Virus record (IMG/VR): IMGVR_UViG_3300028840_002190
DNA length: 64,000 nt
Reading direction: 5' to 3' (one strand)
From: a virus
Shown here in pieces: positions 17,266-26,688 of the stretch (its first letter is position 1; the number at the start of each line of letters is the position of its first letter). The translations under genes were made by a program, and so were the position numbers. Below the pieces are notes generated by a model. That model saw nothing but the letters and a program-made list of their open reading frames with translations, did no database searches and was not told the origin of the DNA.

Positions 17266-18302
17266 ATAGAATCCGGATCAAAATCCGGACACACCGCCAC
17301 TACCGCAGCGAGAGCTGCGTCCTCCGCCTCCTGGGCGGCTGCCAATGTTGCAGCCGCCTCTTCTTTTGCTTGGGCGGCGGTATTCACATCCGCGAGAGCC
17401 GCAGACTGGTCACTAACAGCAGACGCATACTCCGAGGATGCCGTCGCACACACATTTGTGAGGATGTTATCGACATTAGCAACCTGAGGAGCACCTGTAG
17501 TATCCCACGCAGGTTTGATCGACGTGTACCAAGTGTACATCACGTTATACAAGAAAAACCAATCATCCGTCGGAGCAGGGGCAGTAGTGAGAACCCACGG
17601 GGTACCCGACCACTGCTCATATGCAGTCTTAAGATCGTCAAAAAGAGAGTTGTTACCCGCCTCGTACGATGAGATACCGCTTTTAAGAATCGTCCAAAAC
17701 CCGTGTGTAGGGTCGCGGAGTTTTTCACAGAAGTTCACGGACGCCAGGAACATATCAACTTGAGTCGTGGCGTCGTCATAATCTTCTTCAGCGTCCGAGA
17801 GTGTCGTAGTTTTTGTCGCCAAGTCCTCTTCAGCAACCACACGAGCAGCTTTAGCGTCAGAGTACGCCGTCTTGAGCTCCTGCGTATAGCTCTCATCAGC
17901 ATTCGGAAAAGTCAAAGTCTCAGCAGTCGGAGTGTAGAAACTGCTGTAGTAAGCTTGCCACGTCGTAACCAACGTGTTCACACGCCCGTCTATCTCTTGG
18001 CGTGCTTGCATCGCGATTTCGAGATCTGAATAGTCGTTACTCACAAACGCGGACAAATAAACGGTCGCGTCTTCCGACACCGCAGTGGCCCTATCCGTAT
18101 TCAGATTCGTCAGATCATACGGGGTAGCCACACGCAAAAAAGTATCGGCGGTTGGGTCTAGGTTGTCGTTGATAGTAGTCACGAACAGGAACTGATGAGG
18201 TAGATCTCCCTTATCGGTGACAACCGAAATTACCCGGTAAACCAGATCACCATCGGAATTGAGGAGCTGGTTACGCGTTTGCGATACGACTGTATCAGCC
18301 AT
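17262..18302 (-). CDS. Putative virion protein with coiled-coil C-terminus
   Basis: 346 aa, acidic, Ala/Thr-rich; N-terminal domain resembles the next two ORFs. Confidence 0.6.
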   Translation of the reverse strand: MADTVVSQTRNQLLNSDGDLVYRVISVVTDKGDLPHQFLFVTTINDNLDPTADTFLRVATPYDLTNLNTDRATAVSEDATVYLSAFVSNDYSDLEIAMQARQEIDGRVNTLVTTWQAYYSSFYTPTAETLTFPNADESYTQELKTAYSDAKAARVVAEEDLATKTTTLSDAEEDYDDATTQVDMFLASVNFCEKLRDPTHGFWTILKSGISSYEAGNNSLFDDLKTAYEQWSGTPWVLTTAPAPTDDWFFLYNVMYTWYTSIKPAWDTTGAPQVANVDNILTNVCATASSEYASAVSDQSAALADVNTAAQAKEEAAATLAAAQEAEDAALAAVVAVCPDFDPDSI

Positions 18303-18305
18303 GAG

Positions 18306-18674
18306 TTAACCTGTAATGGTGTGGGTTAGCACACCTTCGAAAACGTCGTTGGCTTCCTCGTACTCTCGGACAAGCCATTCGACCCGGCCATAGACGTGAG
18401 ACGTGAAGGCCAACGCATCATCGATGTTGTCATAATCCTGCGAGCATTGGGACGCCAAGTAATAGGGGACCCCTTCACTGATCGCTGCTGTACGGGACGA
18501 GGGATAGTTCTGCAAGTCCCAGACAGTTCCGACATGCGAAAACGTTTCGAGCTCAGTGTTGATCACGAAAACCTGAGATTGAATATCGTTCGAATAGGTG
18601 ACCGTGTTCGTCACGCGGTACACGGGACCTTCCTCGATAGTCTTCTCCTGCTTTAGGTCTACGCGGACTGTCAC
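18306..18674 (-). CDS. Putative virion protein (paralogue of neighbours)
   Basis: 122 aa; FSHVGTVWDL motif shared with flanking genes. Confidence 0.6.
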   Translation of the reverse strand: MTVRVDLKQEKTIEEGPVYRVTNTVTYSNDIQSQVFVINTELETFSHVGTVWDLQNYPSSRTAAISEGVPYYLASQCSQDYDNIDDALAFTSHVYGRVEWLVREYEEANDVFEGVLTHTITG

Positions 18675-19330
18675 GTGTATATCTCCGTGCTCGTCCCTGC
18701 AAACTCATCCAAATAGGTCTCTGTGCTGTCAACCAGAGACTGTGCTTGAGTCTGGAGAGAAACAAACTTGTTAATAGCCGACGAAAGGCTGTCGACTGAG
18801 GAATGGATAGTCCGGAGACGGTAGTACACCTGGTCGTCCCAAGTGCCGTCATACACGTCTAATGTGGCGGCTCCTGAACCATTGAAAACTCCGCGGGGTA
18901 CTAAACTTGAGTCGTAAAGTGTAAAGGACAGGCGTCCCCCGAATGCGGGAAACTCGTCCCCCGGAACAACCTTAACGACGTTATACGCCGCGTCAAAAGA
19001 TGAAACTTCGTGTTGCGTGCCCGGGACGTATCCGAGAAACGTCCAAAGGGAGGGGATCTCGTTAAGTACGATGAGGTCAGTGGCTACCGGAACCGTGGTA
19101 CCAAACGCCTCTTCATAAAAATGGTTGTAACCATCTACCACCGGAGCAGCAGGTACCCCAGTAAGATCGATGAGCGTCCCGACACGGGAGATGCTCTCGA
19201 GTTCCCCTTGGAAGCCACTGCGCGCAACAATGCACACAGGGTCGACGTCCACACCACTGAGAACGTCGACACCTAAGTAGAAAGCGTCCGCAAGGGTGTC
19301 ACGGGTGAACTCAATTGTTAACTGTGCCAT
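18671..19330 (-). CDS. Putative virion protein (paralogue of neighbours)
   Basis: 219 aa; ISRVGTLIDL motif; acidic composition. Confidence 0.6.
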   Translation of the reverse strand: MAQLTIEFTRDTLADAFYLGVDVLSGVDVDPVCIVARSGFQGELESISRVGTLIDLTGVPAAPVVDGYNHFYEEAFGTTVPVATDLIVLNEIPSLWTFLGYVPGTQHEVSSFDAAYNVVKVVPGDEFPAFGGRLSFTLYDSSLVPRGVFNGSGAATLDVYDGTWDDQVYYRLRTIHSSVDSLSSAINKFVSLQTQAQSLVDSTETYLDEFAGTSTEIYT

Positions 19331-19374
19331 AACGCGTTGACCTCACTGAGATTTTCTGTAAAAAATAGTAGGAC

Positions 19375-19959
19375 ATGGGGTGTATCCAGTCAAGCTACGT
19401 CGGTATCGATCCTTCTTTCACGTGCACAGGTGTAGGCGCTGTAAGCCCCACCAAAGTATCACACTTCCACTTCCGAGGACCTACATTAAAAGGTAAACGA
19501 GCAGGGGGAGTAGCCCGTCTTACCGCCCTGCAGCACGAGCTGCAGCAACATCTCGAGTACCTAGTCCGAAACCTGGGACCCATCAAACACGTCTGTATTG
19601 AAGGACCCGCGTATGCTGCAACCAACCGCGCAGACGACTTGGGACAGCTCCGGGGAGTATACTCGGTGTGCGCAGCGGGATTTTGTGACACCGTCACCGT
19701 CGTCCCCCCTACCTCTCTAAAGAAATTCGCCACAGGTAGTGGAGCGGCTACCAAAGAGAAAATGGTCAAAACCGCAACAGAGATCTGTGATGAGCGCCTC
19801 CTGCACGATGAAGCTGACGCCTTATGGTTAGCGGTACTCGCCCGGGGGTTAGAAGACGCCACCCTGGAGCTCAAGCGGTATCAGATCGAAGTAATCGATG
19901 GTATAAGGAACCCGAAGGTCAAGCGTAGGGTTTCCACGCGACAAGCCGACAACATCTAA
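19375..19959 (+). CDS. ruvC: RuvC-like Holliday junction resolvase
   Basis: GIDPS, IEGP, LKKFATGSGAATKEKM, DEADAL. Confidence 0.88.
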   Translation: MGCIQSSYVGIDPSFTCTGVGAVSPTKVSHFHFRGPTLKGKRAGGVARLTALQHELQQHLEYLVRNLGPIKHVCIEGPAYAATNRADDLGQLRGVYSVCAAGFCDTVTVVPPTSLKKFATGSGAATKEKMVKTATEICDERLLHDEADALWLAVLARGLEDATLELKRYQIEVIDGIRNPKVKRRVSTRQADNI

Positions 19960-19975
19960 AAGGGAGCAACGCAGA

Positions 19976-22615
19976 ATGCTGAAGTTCACGAGACAGCTGT
20001 CTGCTGAGGGGAAGAGCGCCGCTCAGCAAGTCGATTGGACCCGGACAGATATCATCGTCAAAAACAACAAAACCGGTGAGATTCTCTATGAATGCCTGGA
20101 CGCTGAATTCCCCTCCAGCTGGTCCTACGACGCATGCAAAATCGTAGCGAGCAAATACTTCCGGCAGTCCAGGACATCAGAGCACACCGAAACCAGCGTC
20201 CGACAAATGGTCGAACGGGTCGTCAGTGCACTGGTCGATAGCGGCATCGAACAAGGATATTTCGATGAAGAAAACGGCCAAATTTTTGGAGATGAACTGG
20301 CCCTCCTTCTTTACGGACAGTACGGTTCTTTCAACAGCCCCGTCTGGTTCAACTTGGGAGTGCCAGGCGTCGATAAGCCCCAGTGTTCGGCATGCTTCAT
20401 CAACTCGGTGGATGACAGCATGGAGTCGATCCTCGAACTGGCCAAGACTGAAGGGCTTATCTTCAAAGACGGTTCTGGCTCCGGCGTAAACCTTTCCCCT
20501 CTGCGAGGGTCGCAAGAACGCATCCACGGCGGTGGTCACGCTTCCGGTCCTGTATCCTTTATGGCAGGCTACGACGCCTTCGCCAACGTGATCTTAAGCG
20601 GGGGGCGCACACGTCGAGCTGCGCGCATGGTCATCCTGGATGTTGACCACCCTGACGTCTGGAAGTTCATCAACACCAAAGCAGACCAGGAAGACATCGT
20701 GCAAGTTCTCGCACTGGCAGGGATGAGCACGGATTTCACCGATCCCGAAAGTGCTTACGGAGTAGTCAAGCACCAGACAGGGAACAACTCGGTTCGCGTC
20801 TCCGACACGTTCATGGAGAAGGTGCGCAACATTCTTCACGGATACCAGAACGACGTTCCGTGGGAGACTACCAACAGAGTAGACGGCACGACAGCAGAGA
20901 CGATCTCCGTACGTAGCCTATTCCGCGCCATCGCTGAAGCAGCGCACAAGTGTGGGGACCCCGGGATCCAATTCGGAGACACTATCAACGCCTATAACAC
21001 CTGTGCTGGAGACGGAGAAATCGTCGCTAGTAACCCGTGCAGCGAATTTGTCTGGCTCAACAACTCTGCCTGCAACCTCGCGAGTCTCAATCTCTGTCAG
21101 TTCTCCAAGTCAAAAAACACCTTCGACACTAAACTCTTCAAGCACGCCATCCGGACGTTCATCACAGCGCAAGACATCATCGTCAGTCTCGCCAGCTACC
21201 CTACCAAAGAGATCACCAAGAACAGCCTGGCTTACCGAACACTCGGTCTAGGGTACGCTAACCTCGGGGGCTTGTTGATGTCGTGGGGATTGGGCTACGA
21301 CAGTGAGGACGGAAGGGATGTCGCAGCATCGCTGACAAGCTGTCTAACGGCCTACGCCTATCAGACCAGCGCTGAGATCGCAGGTAAGCTAGGCCCCTTC
21401 CCGCGTTACGAAGAAAACGCCAGCCACGTAGAGGACGTTCTTGTTAAGCACCAAGCAGTCACTAAGAAGCTGAAGAGGGACCTTGCTGGTTTACAGGGTA
21501 AAGCTGTGACCGCCTGGAGAGACACAATCAACACTGCTTTCAAGAAGTCCGGGAAAGGGGTCCGTAACGCGCAGGTAACTCTTCTGGCCCCGACGGGGAC
21601 GATTGCTTTCATGATGGACTGCGCCACCACAGGTGTCGAACCTGACATCGGACTCAAAAAGACCAAGACATTAGTAGGCGGGGACGTCATGGAGTACGTA
21701 AACCCCAATGTCGAAGCAGCGCTGCAATCCTTAGAGTACGACCCCGAAGACCAAGATGATCTCCTCGAGTACATGAGGGAACACGGACACTTCGAAGGTT
21801 CCGCTCTACGAGAAGAACACCTCGAAGTTTTCGACTGTTCCATCCCCGTAGGTACCCGGCGTCTCTCAGTAGACGCACACATCGAAATGTGCGCGGCGAT
21901 TCAGCCTTTCCTCTCGGGGGCAATCTCCAAGACGTTCAACATGCCTCGGGAAGCCACAGTAGATGAAGTCGAGAGGACATTCCTCAAAGCATGGGAGAAG
22001 GGGGTCAAGTGCATTACGATCTACCGGGAAGGAAGCAAGCTCAGTGAGCCTCTTCGAGTGCGAGAACTCCGTAAGGAAACATCAGATGACCTCGCCGTAC
22101 CTGAACGTAAGTGTCTACCTGACGAGCGTGACCAGAAGGGGCACAAGTTCCACATTGGCCCGCACAAAGGCTACATCACAGTAGGGTTTTATCCCAACGG
22201 GCGCATGGGGGAGATCTTCCTCCGCATGGCGGGGCACGGATCCACTGTCAATGGGCTCCTCGACAGCTTCGGTACCCTAGCGTCCTTAGCTCTCCAATAC
22301 GGTATTCCCCTCGAGGAGCTCGTCTCACGGTTCGAGGGGTCACGGTTCGCTCCTTCCGGATGGACCAAGAATCCTAACATTCCATCCGCCAACTCCATCA
22401 TCGGTTACGTCTTCAAGTGGATTCGCTGGCGCTTCCTGGAAGAGGGGAATCAAGCTTTCCCTGAAGAGCGGCCTTCCATGCTGCCCCCTCCCATGGACGA
22501 GGACTTCGATCTCGCATCGGAACCGTGCCCCCATTGTGGGTCACAGTTGCGTAAGGTGGGTGCGACCTGTTACGATTGCCCCAATTGCTCATACAACACA
22601 GGAGCTTGCTCATGA
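19976..22615 (+). CDS. nrdJ: Class II (adenosylcobalamin-dependent) ribonucleotide reductase with C-terminal TSCPD/Zn ribbon
   Basis: FNSPVWFN, PQCSACF, NPCSE, PTGTIAFM, GAISKTFN, CITIYR; terminal CPHC..C..CPNC. Confidence 0.93.
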   Translation: MLKFTRQLSAEGKSAAQQVDWTRTDIIVKNNKTGEILYECLDAEFPSSWSYDACKIVASKYFRQSRTSEHTETSVRQMVERVVSALVDSGIEQGYFDEENGQIFGDELALLLYGQYGSFNSPVWFNLGVPGVDKPQCSACFINSVDDSMESILELAKTEGLIFKDGSGSGVNLSPLRGSQERIHGGGHASGPVSFMAGYDAFANVILSGGRTRRAARMVILDVDHPDVWKFINTKADQEDIVQVLALAGMSTDFTDPESAYGVVKHQTGNNSVRVSDTFMEKVRNILHGYQNDVPWETTNRVDGTTAETISVRSLFRAIAEAAHKCGDPGIQFGDTINAYNTCAGDGEIVASNPCSEFVWLNNSACNLASLNLCQFSKSKNTFDTKLFKHAIRTFITAQDIIVSLASYPTKEITKNSLAYRTLGLGYANLGGLLMSWGLGYDSEDGRDVAASLTSCLTAYAYQTSAEIAGKLGPFPRYEENASHVEDVLVKHQAVTKKLKRDLAGLQGKAVTAWRDTINTAFKKSGKGVRNAQVTLLAPTGTIAFMMDCATTGVEPDIGLKKTKTLVGGDVMEYVNPNVEAALQSLEYDPEDQDDLLEYMREHGHFEGSALREEHLEVFDCSIPVGTRRLSVDAHIEMCAAIQPFLSGAISKTFNMPREATVDEVERTFLKAWEKGVKCITIYREGSKLSEPLRVRELRKETSDDLAVPERKCLPDERDQKGHKFHIGPHKGYITVGFYPNGRMGEIFLRMAGHGSTVNGLLDSFGTLASLALQYGIPLEELVSRFEGSRFAPSGWTKNPNIPSANSIIGYVFKWIRWRFLEEGNQAFPEERPSMLPPPMDEDFDLASEPCPHCGSQLRKVGATCYDCPNCSYNTGACS

Positions 22616-22821
22616 CAGACATCAAACAACTGAAGTGCATGTTCGAAGAGTGTTCCGGCACTCTCGGACCGGAATCCGTGGAGATCCGTCACCAGGGCGA
22701 GCTTGTCGGTTTCATCTGCGACAACTGTCAGCGTGGACCCAAAGGATTCAAGTTGACCCTCAAGAAGGAAGACGGGAAATTCACCCCGATCCAAGCTGTC
22801 CCCCTCTCCAACGTTCGTTGA
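22612..22821 (+). CDS. Small Zn-ribbon-like protein
   Basis: ATGA overlap with nrdJ; CMFEEC...CDNC. Confidence 0.6.
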   Translation: MTDIKQLKCMFEECSGTLGPESVEIRHQGELVGFICDNCQRGPKGFKLTLKKEDGKFTPIQAVPLSNVR

Positions 22822-22822
22822 C

Positions 22823-23326
22823 ATGCCTGTTATCGTCCCTGCCTTTGTGAACGGTCTCATCGCGGCGGAAACTCCGCCTAAAGAGAGCATAGCGCAACAG
22901 GCCAAGGGATTTGTCGACGCCTTCATTCCTTACATCAAGGGAGCGGTGTCTAACGGCATCCCCATCACTCAACCAACCTGCGACCTCCCTGTGACGCAAA
23001 GCGCGTTGCAGGGAGGTGTCGCATACGCCTTTTCTTTGGGTTCGGGACCTGCCGTGGCGAACGCCTTGGGCCAAGCTATCCTGGCGTTCTTCAATTCCGC
23101 ACCTGTAGTGCCTCCCGCCAGTGGGTTCTTCTCCAGTGCTCTGGGAGCCGCAATCTCCGGACCCCTCTGGACCTACATGTCAGGAATCAGCGCTCCCGTG
23201 GATCTTCAGAAGCCTGCCAAAACAGCTGTTGTAAGCGCGATTACTTCGTGGATGGCTGCAGGGCCCGGAGGGGGTCTGTTTGTTACATTTCCAGGGTCGC
23301 CGAATATCCAGGCACCGATCACCTAG
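22823..23326 (+). CDS. Hypothetical Ala/Gly/Pro-rich protein
   Basis: 167-aa ORF directly following the previous gene. Confidence 0.6.
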   Translation: MPVIVPAFVNGLIAAETPPKESIAQQAKGFVDAFIPYIKGAVSNGIPITQPTCDLPVTQSALQGGVAYAFSLGSGPAVANALGQAILAFFNSAPVVPPASGFFSSALGAAISGPLWTYMSGISAPVDLQKPAKTAVVSAITSWMAAGPGGGLFVTFPGSPNIQAPIT

Positions 23327-26049
23327 GACTGGAACGTAGGCATAATCGTGCCCATAACGTAAACCGTAGAGACACTTCCGGTAGACAGCTGAAGGTCTCC
23401 GGTAGAGGTGTTCACCTTGAGTGTCACACGGTCCGAAGCTCCACTAGCTACCTGGAGCGGGAACGGACTCGCTCCCTCATAGATTCTGGCAAATTCGTAC
23501 TGTGACGCTTCTCCGCTATTCCCAAAGTAGACGTGACGTGTACAAGCGTAAACTGCCTCAATCGCATCCTGTACGTCTCCAGCAGGGGAAACATTCAAGA
23601 AGTCAGAATCTGTACTAACCGTCAATGATGCGAACGCCCGTCGACCGCGCCAATCAAAACCGGACTGTAAGGTAATATCCCCAGAGCTAGCCGAAATAGA
23701 CTGGGTGAAGAAGTACGGAGTAGGCTGCATCTCGAACTGGGAACGAGTCCCAGAATAATTGGGGGATCCAAAGGGCGAGACGTGTACGTAGTCATCCCAA
23801 CCATTGAACGGGTTAGGCGTCCCCCAAGAATCAGGAGATCCGAAACCTTGAAGGTACTGTCTTATCCCGTAGTCGGTAAACGCGTACATCGAAGCGGGGA
23901 TACCGGAGATGTTCCGGACCCACCCGCTGACGCCTCCCACATGATGACAGTTGAACGCAATGAGGAGGCACGAACCGAGTCCGTCAAATCCTGCATCAGG
24001 AAGAGCCCTGTCCGCGTAGTACGCATAGACCCCCGACTGTCCAGACGTAGACGTAGTCTCAAACAGCCGCTTGAGGATTCCGGACTTGTCCTCCGAAGAG
24101 GCCCCCAACACATGTCCCCCCGTCGTACCGCTGACACCATCGTCATAAAGGACAAACGCGCCACCTAGGCCCATCCCCCACCTAGACGTCCCTGCGTGTT
24201 CGTGGAGCGTATACGTGGTACTCGTCTCTGAGTTAAACTGGAACGTTGCACCCGCAGCTAACCCGGTTCGGACAGAACTAAAGATCATATTCTGGCTCAT
24301 GAACCACATGAGCGCATTTCCTGTCCCTGAGTCATCCGCAGCTGCGATGAAGTCTCCTGTTGCGCCTGAAGGTGCCGCCCCCTGCACCATCAAGATGTCT
24401 CCACCCCGAACATACCAACTCGTGGTATTCCACATGATGTCGTTAAGAGGCGTGGAGGTAAAGTTGTAACGGTAGAAGAGCTTCCACGTAGTCAATGCAG
24501 GGTAGCGCTCATGCCAAGATCCAAGATTGACATGGCCGTAATCGTTCAGCGTGACGAAGTCATCAAATTCCCACGCCCCTGTTACGATCTCATCCGATCC
24601 GAGAGCTGCTCGGGCGTTAGTCCCAGCCTGTAACTGGATGAGCTGATCGAATACGCTACCAGGGGAAAGCGGTGTAAGCAATTGGCTAGCACCACTAACA
24701 GGTATGTTGGTCTTACTCCCTACAAGCTCAGATCCTCCAGTACCTGTGGACTGCGCCAGGTCGTGGACGACGGCATTGATAACATTTTGGATTGTAGCAG
24801 GAGAGCCGGAGCTTACAGGAACAGCTCCAAACCAGTCCTCGGTAAGGGTTACCAGAATGCTAGTGGACCCTGAGATGATACGGTCGACCGTGTACTGGTG
24901 CTCTCCGCCATAAATCCCACCAGGAATCGAACCTAGCCCTGTAGAAAGAACAGTGCCATCAATGAACACAAGGTCGTCCCCGATACGTTTACAGATCGGG
25001 ATACTCTGAGGAATCTTGGCAGGCTCCACAGAACTGTTGAAGAGCTGCTCAGGACGCGTCACTACTACGGGAGTGAGAGGCTCGTTAGTCAGCGTCGCCT
25101 GCCTGCGTCCTCCCACCTCCGTAGGGTCTCCGTGGTTGCCGAAAAACCCTGCTTCGTCTTTGATGTAGGGGTAGTAAATCCCCAAGGTGTCGCCGTCTTT
25201 TAGGTAGTTGATATTAGGATACGGCCCTACCGGAGCACCAGGATAAGTGCCTGCAAAAAACGACTGGAGAACGCTGTTGGGGATCTGGTGAATTTCACGC
25301 TGCTGTTCCCGCGTGAACAGATACTCACCCGCACTAGGAGCTACATCTGCGATGTCAATGACGGTTCCAGTATCACCACCGTCATTCGTGACGTTAACCA
25401 AATTCACAACATCAGGGTCTGCCAGTAGAGCGAGTTCCAACTGATTTAACGTAATCGAACCGTCATTCGAAACTTCAATGTTGATGACGTGTTTAGGGTC
25501 CCCTGTGACGCTGATATTCAATACGCCTGTAGACGAGGTATATGCCCAATTCACGCGGATGGTATCCCCACCCTCTGCGGCCTGATAACGCGAAGTAAGA
25601 TGTACCGTGTAGCTCCTAGGAGGAACAGTGTTCTCCGCATAGAAGGACTCTACGTGGTGTGCATCCTGCGCGACTGAGAGGATCGACTCCAGCGCAATGT
25701 GACTCGAAACTACGAAATACCCCCGGTAAGGGTCGAGGGGATCGATCCACGGATCAGCCGAACCTAGAGCCTGTGGAAGCCAATCCGTAAATGTACTCCA
25801 ACCGCCCCCGTAATAATCACTGACAATTCCGCCTCCCTGAATGATCCAGCGCATGTCCGTATCGGAACGGTACATCTGGTCTTCCAAGTCAGAGCGTACG
25901 AACTCCGTCCGATTCCGAATATTCTCACCAGGACGGTTCAGAACCGTATCGATAACGCGCTCGCCGTTGTCAATCGGGCTGATAGCATCCGGATCATTAC
26001 GCTCGCCAGTATCCGAAGCGTTACGGTAATTGAGTCTCTGCGTTCCCAT
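23323..26049 (-). CDS. Tail fibre / baseplate-associated virion protein
   Basis: 908 aa, G/S/T-rich with beta-type composition; last gene of the tail operon. Confidence 0.6.
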   Translation of the reverse strand: MGTQRLNYRNASDTGERNDPDAISPIDNGERVIDTVLNRPGENIRNRTEFVRSDLEDQMYRSDTDMRWIIQGGGIVSDYYGGGWSTFTDWLPQALGSADPWIDPLDPYRGYFVVSSHIALESILSVAQDAHHVESFYAENTVPPRSYTVHLTSRYQAAEGGDTIRVNWAYTSSTGVLNISVTGDPKHVINIEVSNDGSITLNQLELALLADPDVVNLVNVTNDGGDTGTVIDIADVAPSAGEYLFTREQQREIHQIPNSVLQSFFAGTYPGAPVGPYPNINYLKDGDTLGIYYPYIKDEAGFFGNHGDPTEVGGRRQATLTNEPLTPVVVTRPEQLFNSSVEPAKIPQSIPICKRIGDDLVFIDGTVLSTGLGSIPGGIYGGEHQYTVDRIISGSTSILVTLTEDWFGAVPVSSGSPATIQNVINAVVHDLAQSTGTGGSELVGSKTNIPVSGASQLLTPLSPGSVFDQLIQLQAGTNARAALGSDEIVTGAWEFDDFVTLNDYGHVNLGSWHERYPALTTWKLFYRYNFTSTPLNDIMWNTTSWYVRGGDILMVQGAAPSGATGDFIAAADDSGTGNALMWFMSQNMIFSSVRTGLAAGATFQFNSETSTTYTLHEHAGTSRWGMGLGGAFVLYDDGVSGTTGGHVLGASSEDKSGILKRLFETTSTSGQSGVYAYYADRALPDAGFDGLGSCLLIAFNCHHVGGVSGWVRNISGIPASMYAFTDYGIRQYLQGFGSPDSWGTPNPFNGWDDYVHVSPFGSPNYSGTRSQFEMQPTPYFFTQSISASSGDITLQSGFDWRGRRAFASLTVSTDSDFLNVSPAGDVQDAIEAVYACTRHVYFGNSGEASQYEFARIYEGASPFPLQVASGASDRVTLKVNTSTGDLQLSTGSVSTVYVMGTIMPTFQS

Positions 26050-26061
26050 GCGAAGCTCCTC

Positions 26062-26646
26062 CTAGGCCACCGTCATGCCAAGATACCAGTTGAACACCAC
26101 GGTCATGGTGCTGGTTTTGACGAACGGAGAGAACGTTTGGCGGGCGTACATCAATGTATTCGCCGACGTATAGAAATCTGACGCATTATCCCCACGAGTA
26201 AACAGCCCAACTTCCTGTAACGGAGACGGGTCATTCGCCTCTGCAGTAGAGAAAGTCATCGTGCAATGAATTTCAAACGTGGGGGCTGGGACGTACAAAA
26301 CCTGACCAGGAGGTACGAGCTGCTTTGTGAGGACATCAGCGCCGAGGGCAGTCTGGTTCACCGTAGGGGGTGTACCGTCAGTGCCCACCCCAAGGAACCC
26401 AATAGCGTTGTACTCTGGGTTCTGCTGTCCAGGACTGCCTGTCGGGTACTGTGTCAGCATCTCAAGCACAGCTTGCCGACCGGTGTTGACGATCTGATTC
26501 TGCTTCTTTACGTGGTAAACCCGCTTGCCACCCTTAGCCTCATCGAAAACGCTGACTTCGATCCGACCGTAGAGCTGCGCGCTGTCCTTGTAAACCGTCA
26601 AGGGCTTTAACAGCCTGTCGGCGAAATTCCTGAAAATATCACTCAT
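26062..26646 (-). CDS. Baseplate/tail-collar fibre attachment protein
   Basis: NQIVNTGR, GTDGTPP, EVGLF, YARQTFSPFVK pattern; position after the baseplate wedge genes. Confidence 0.6.
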   Translation of the reverse strand: MSDIFRNFADRLLKPLTVYKDSAQLYGRIEVSVFDEAKGGKRVYHVKKQNQIVNTGRQAVLEMLTQYPTGSPGQQNPEYNAIGFLGVGTDGTPPTVNQTALGADVLTKQLVPPGQVLYVPAPTFEIHCTMTFSTAEANDPSPLQEVGLFTRGDNASDFYTSANTLMYARQTFSPFVKTSTMTVVFNWYLGMTVA

Positions 26647-26688
26647 TAGAGCCCTCGCTGGTAGAGACTCGAGTACTTTACCACGGCA

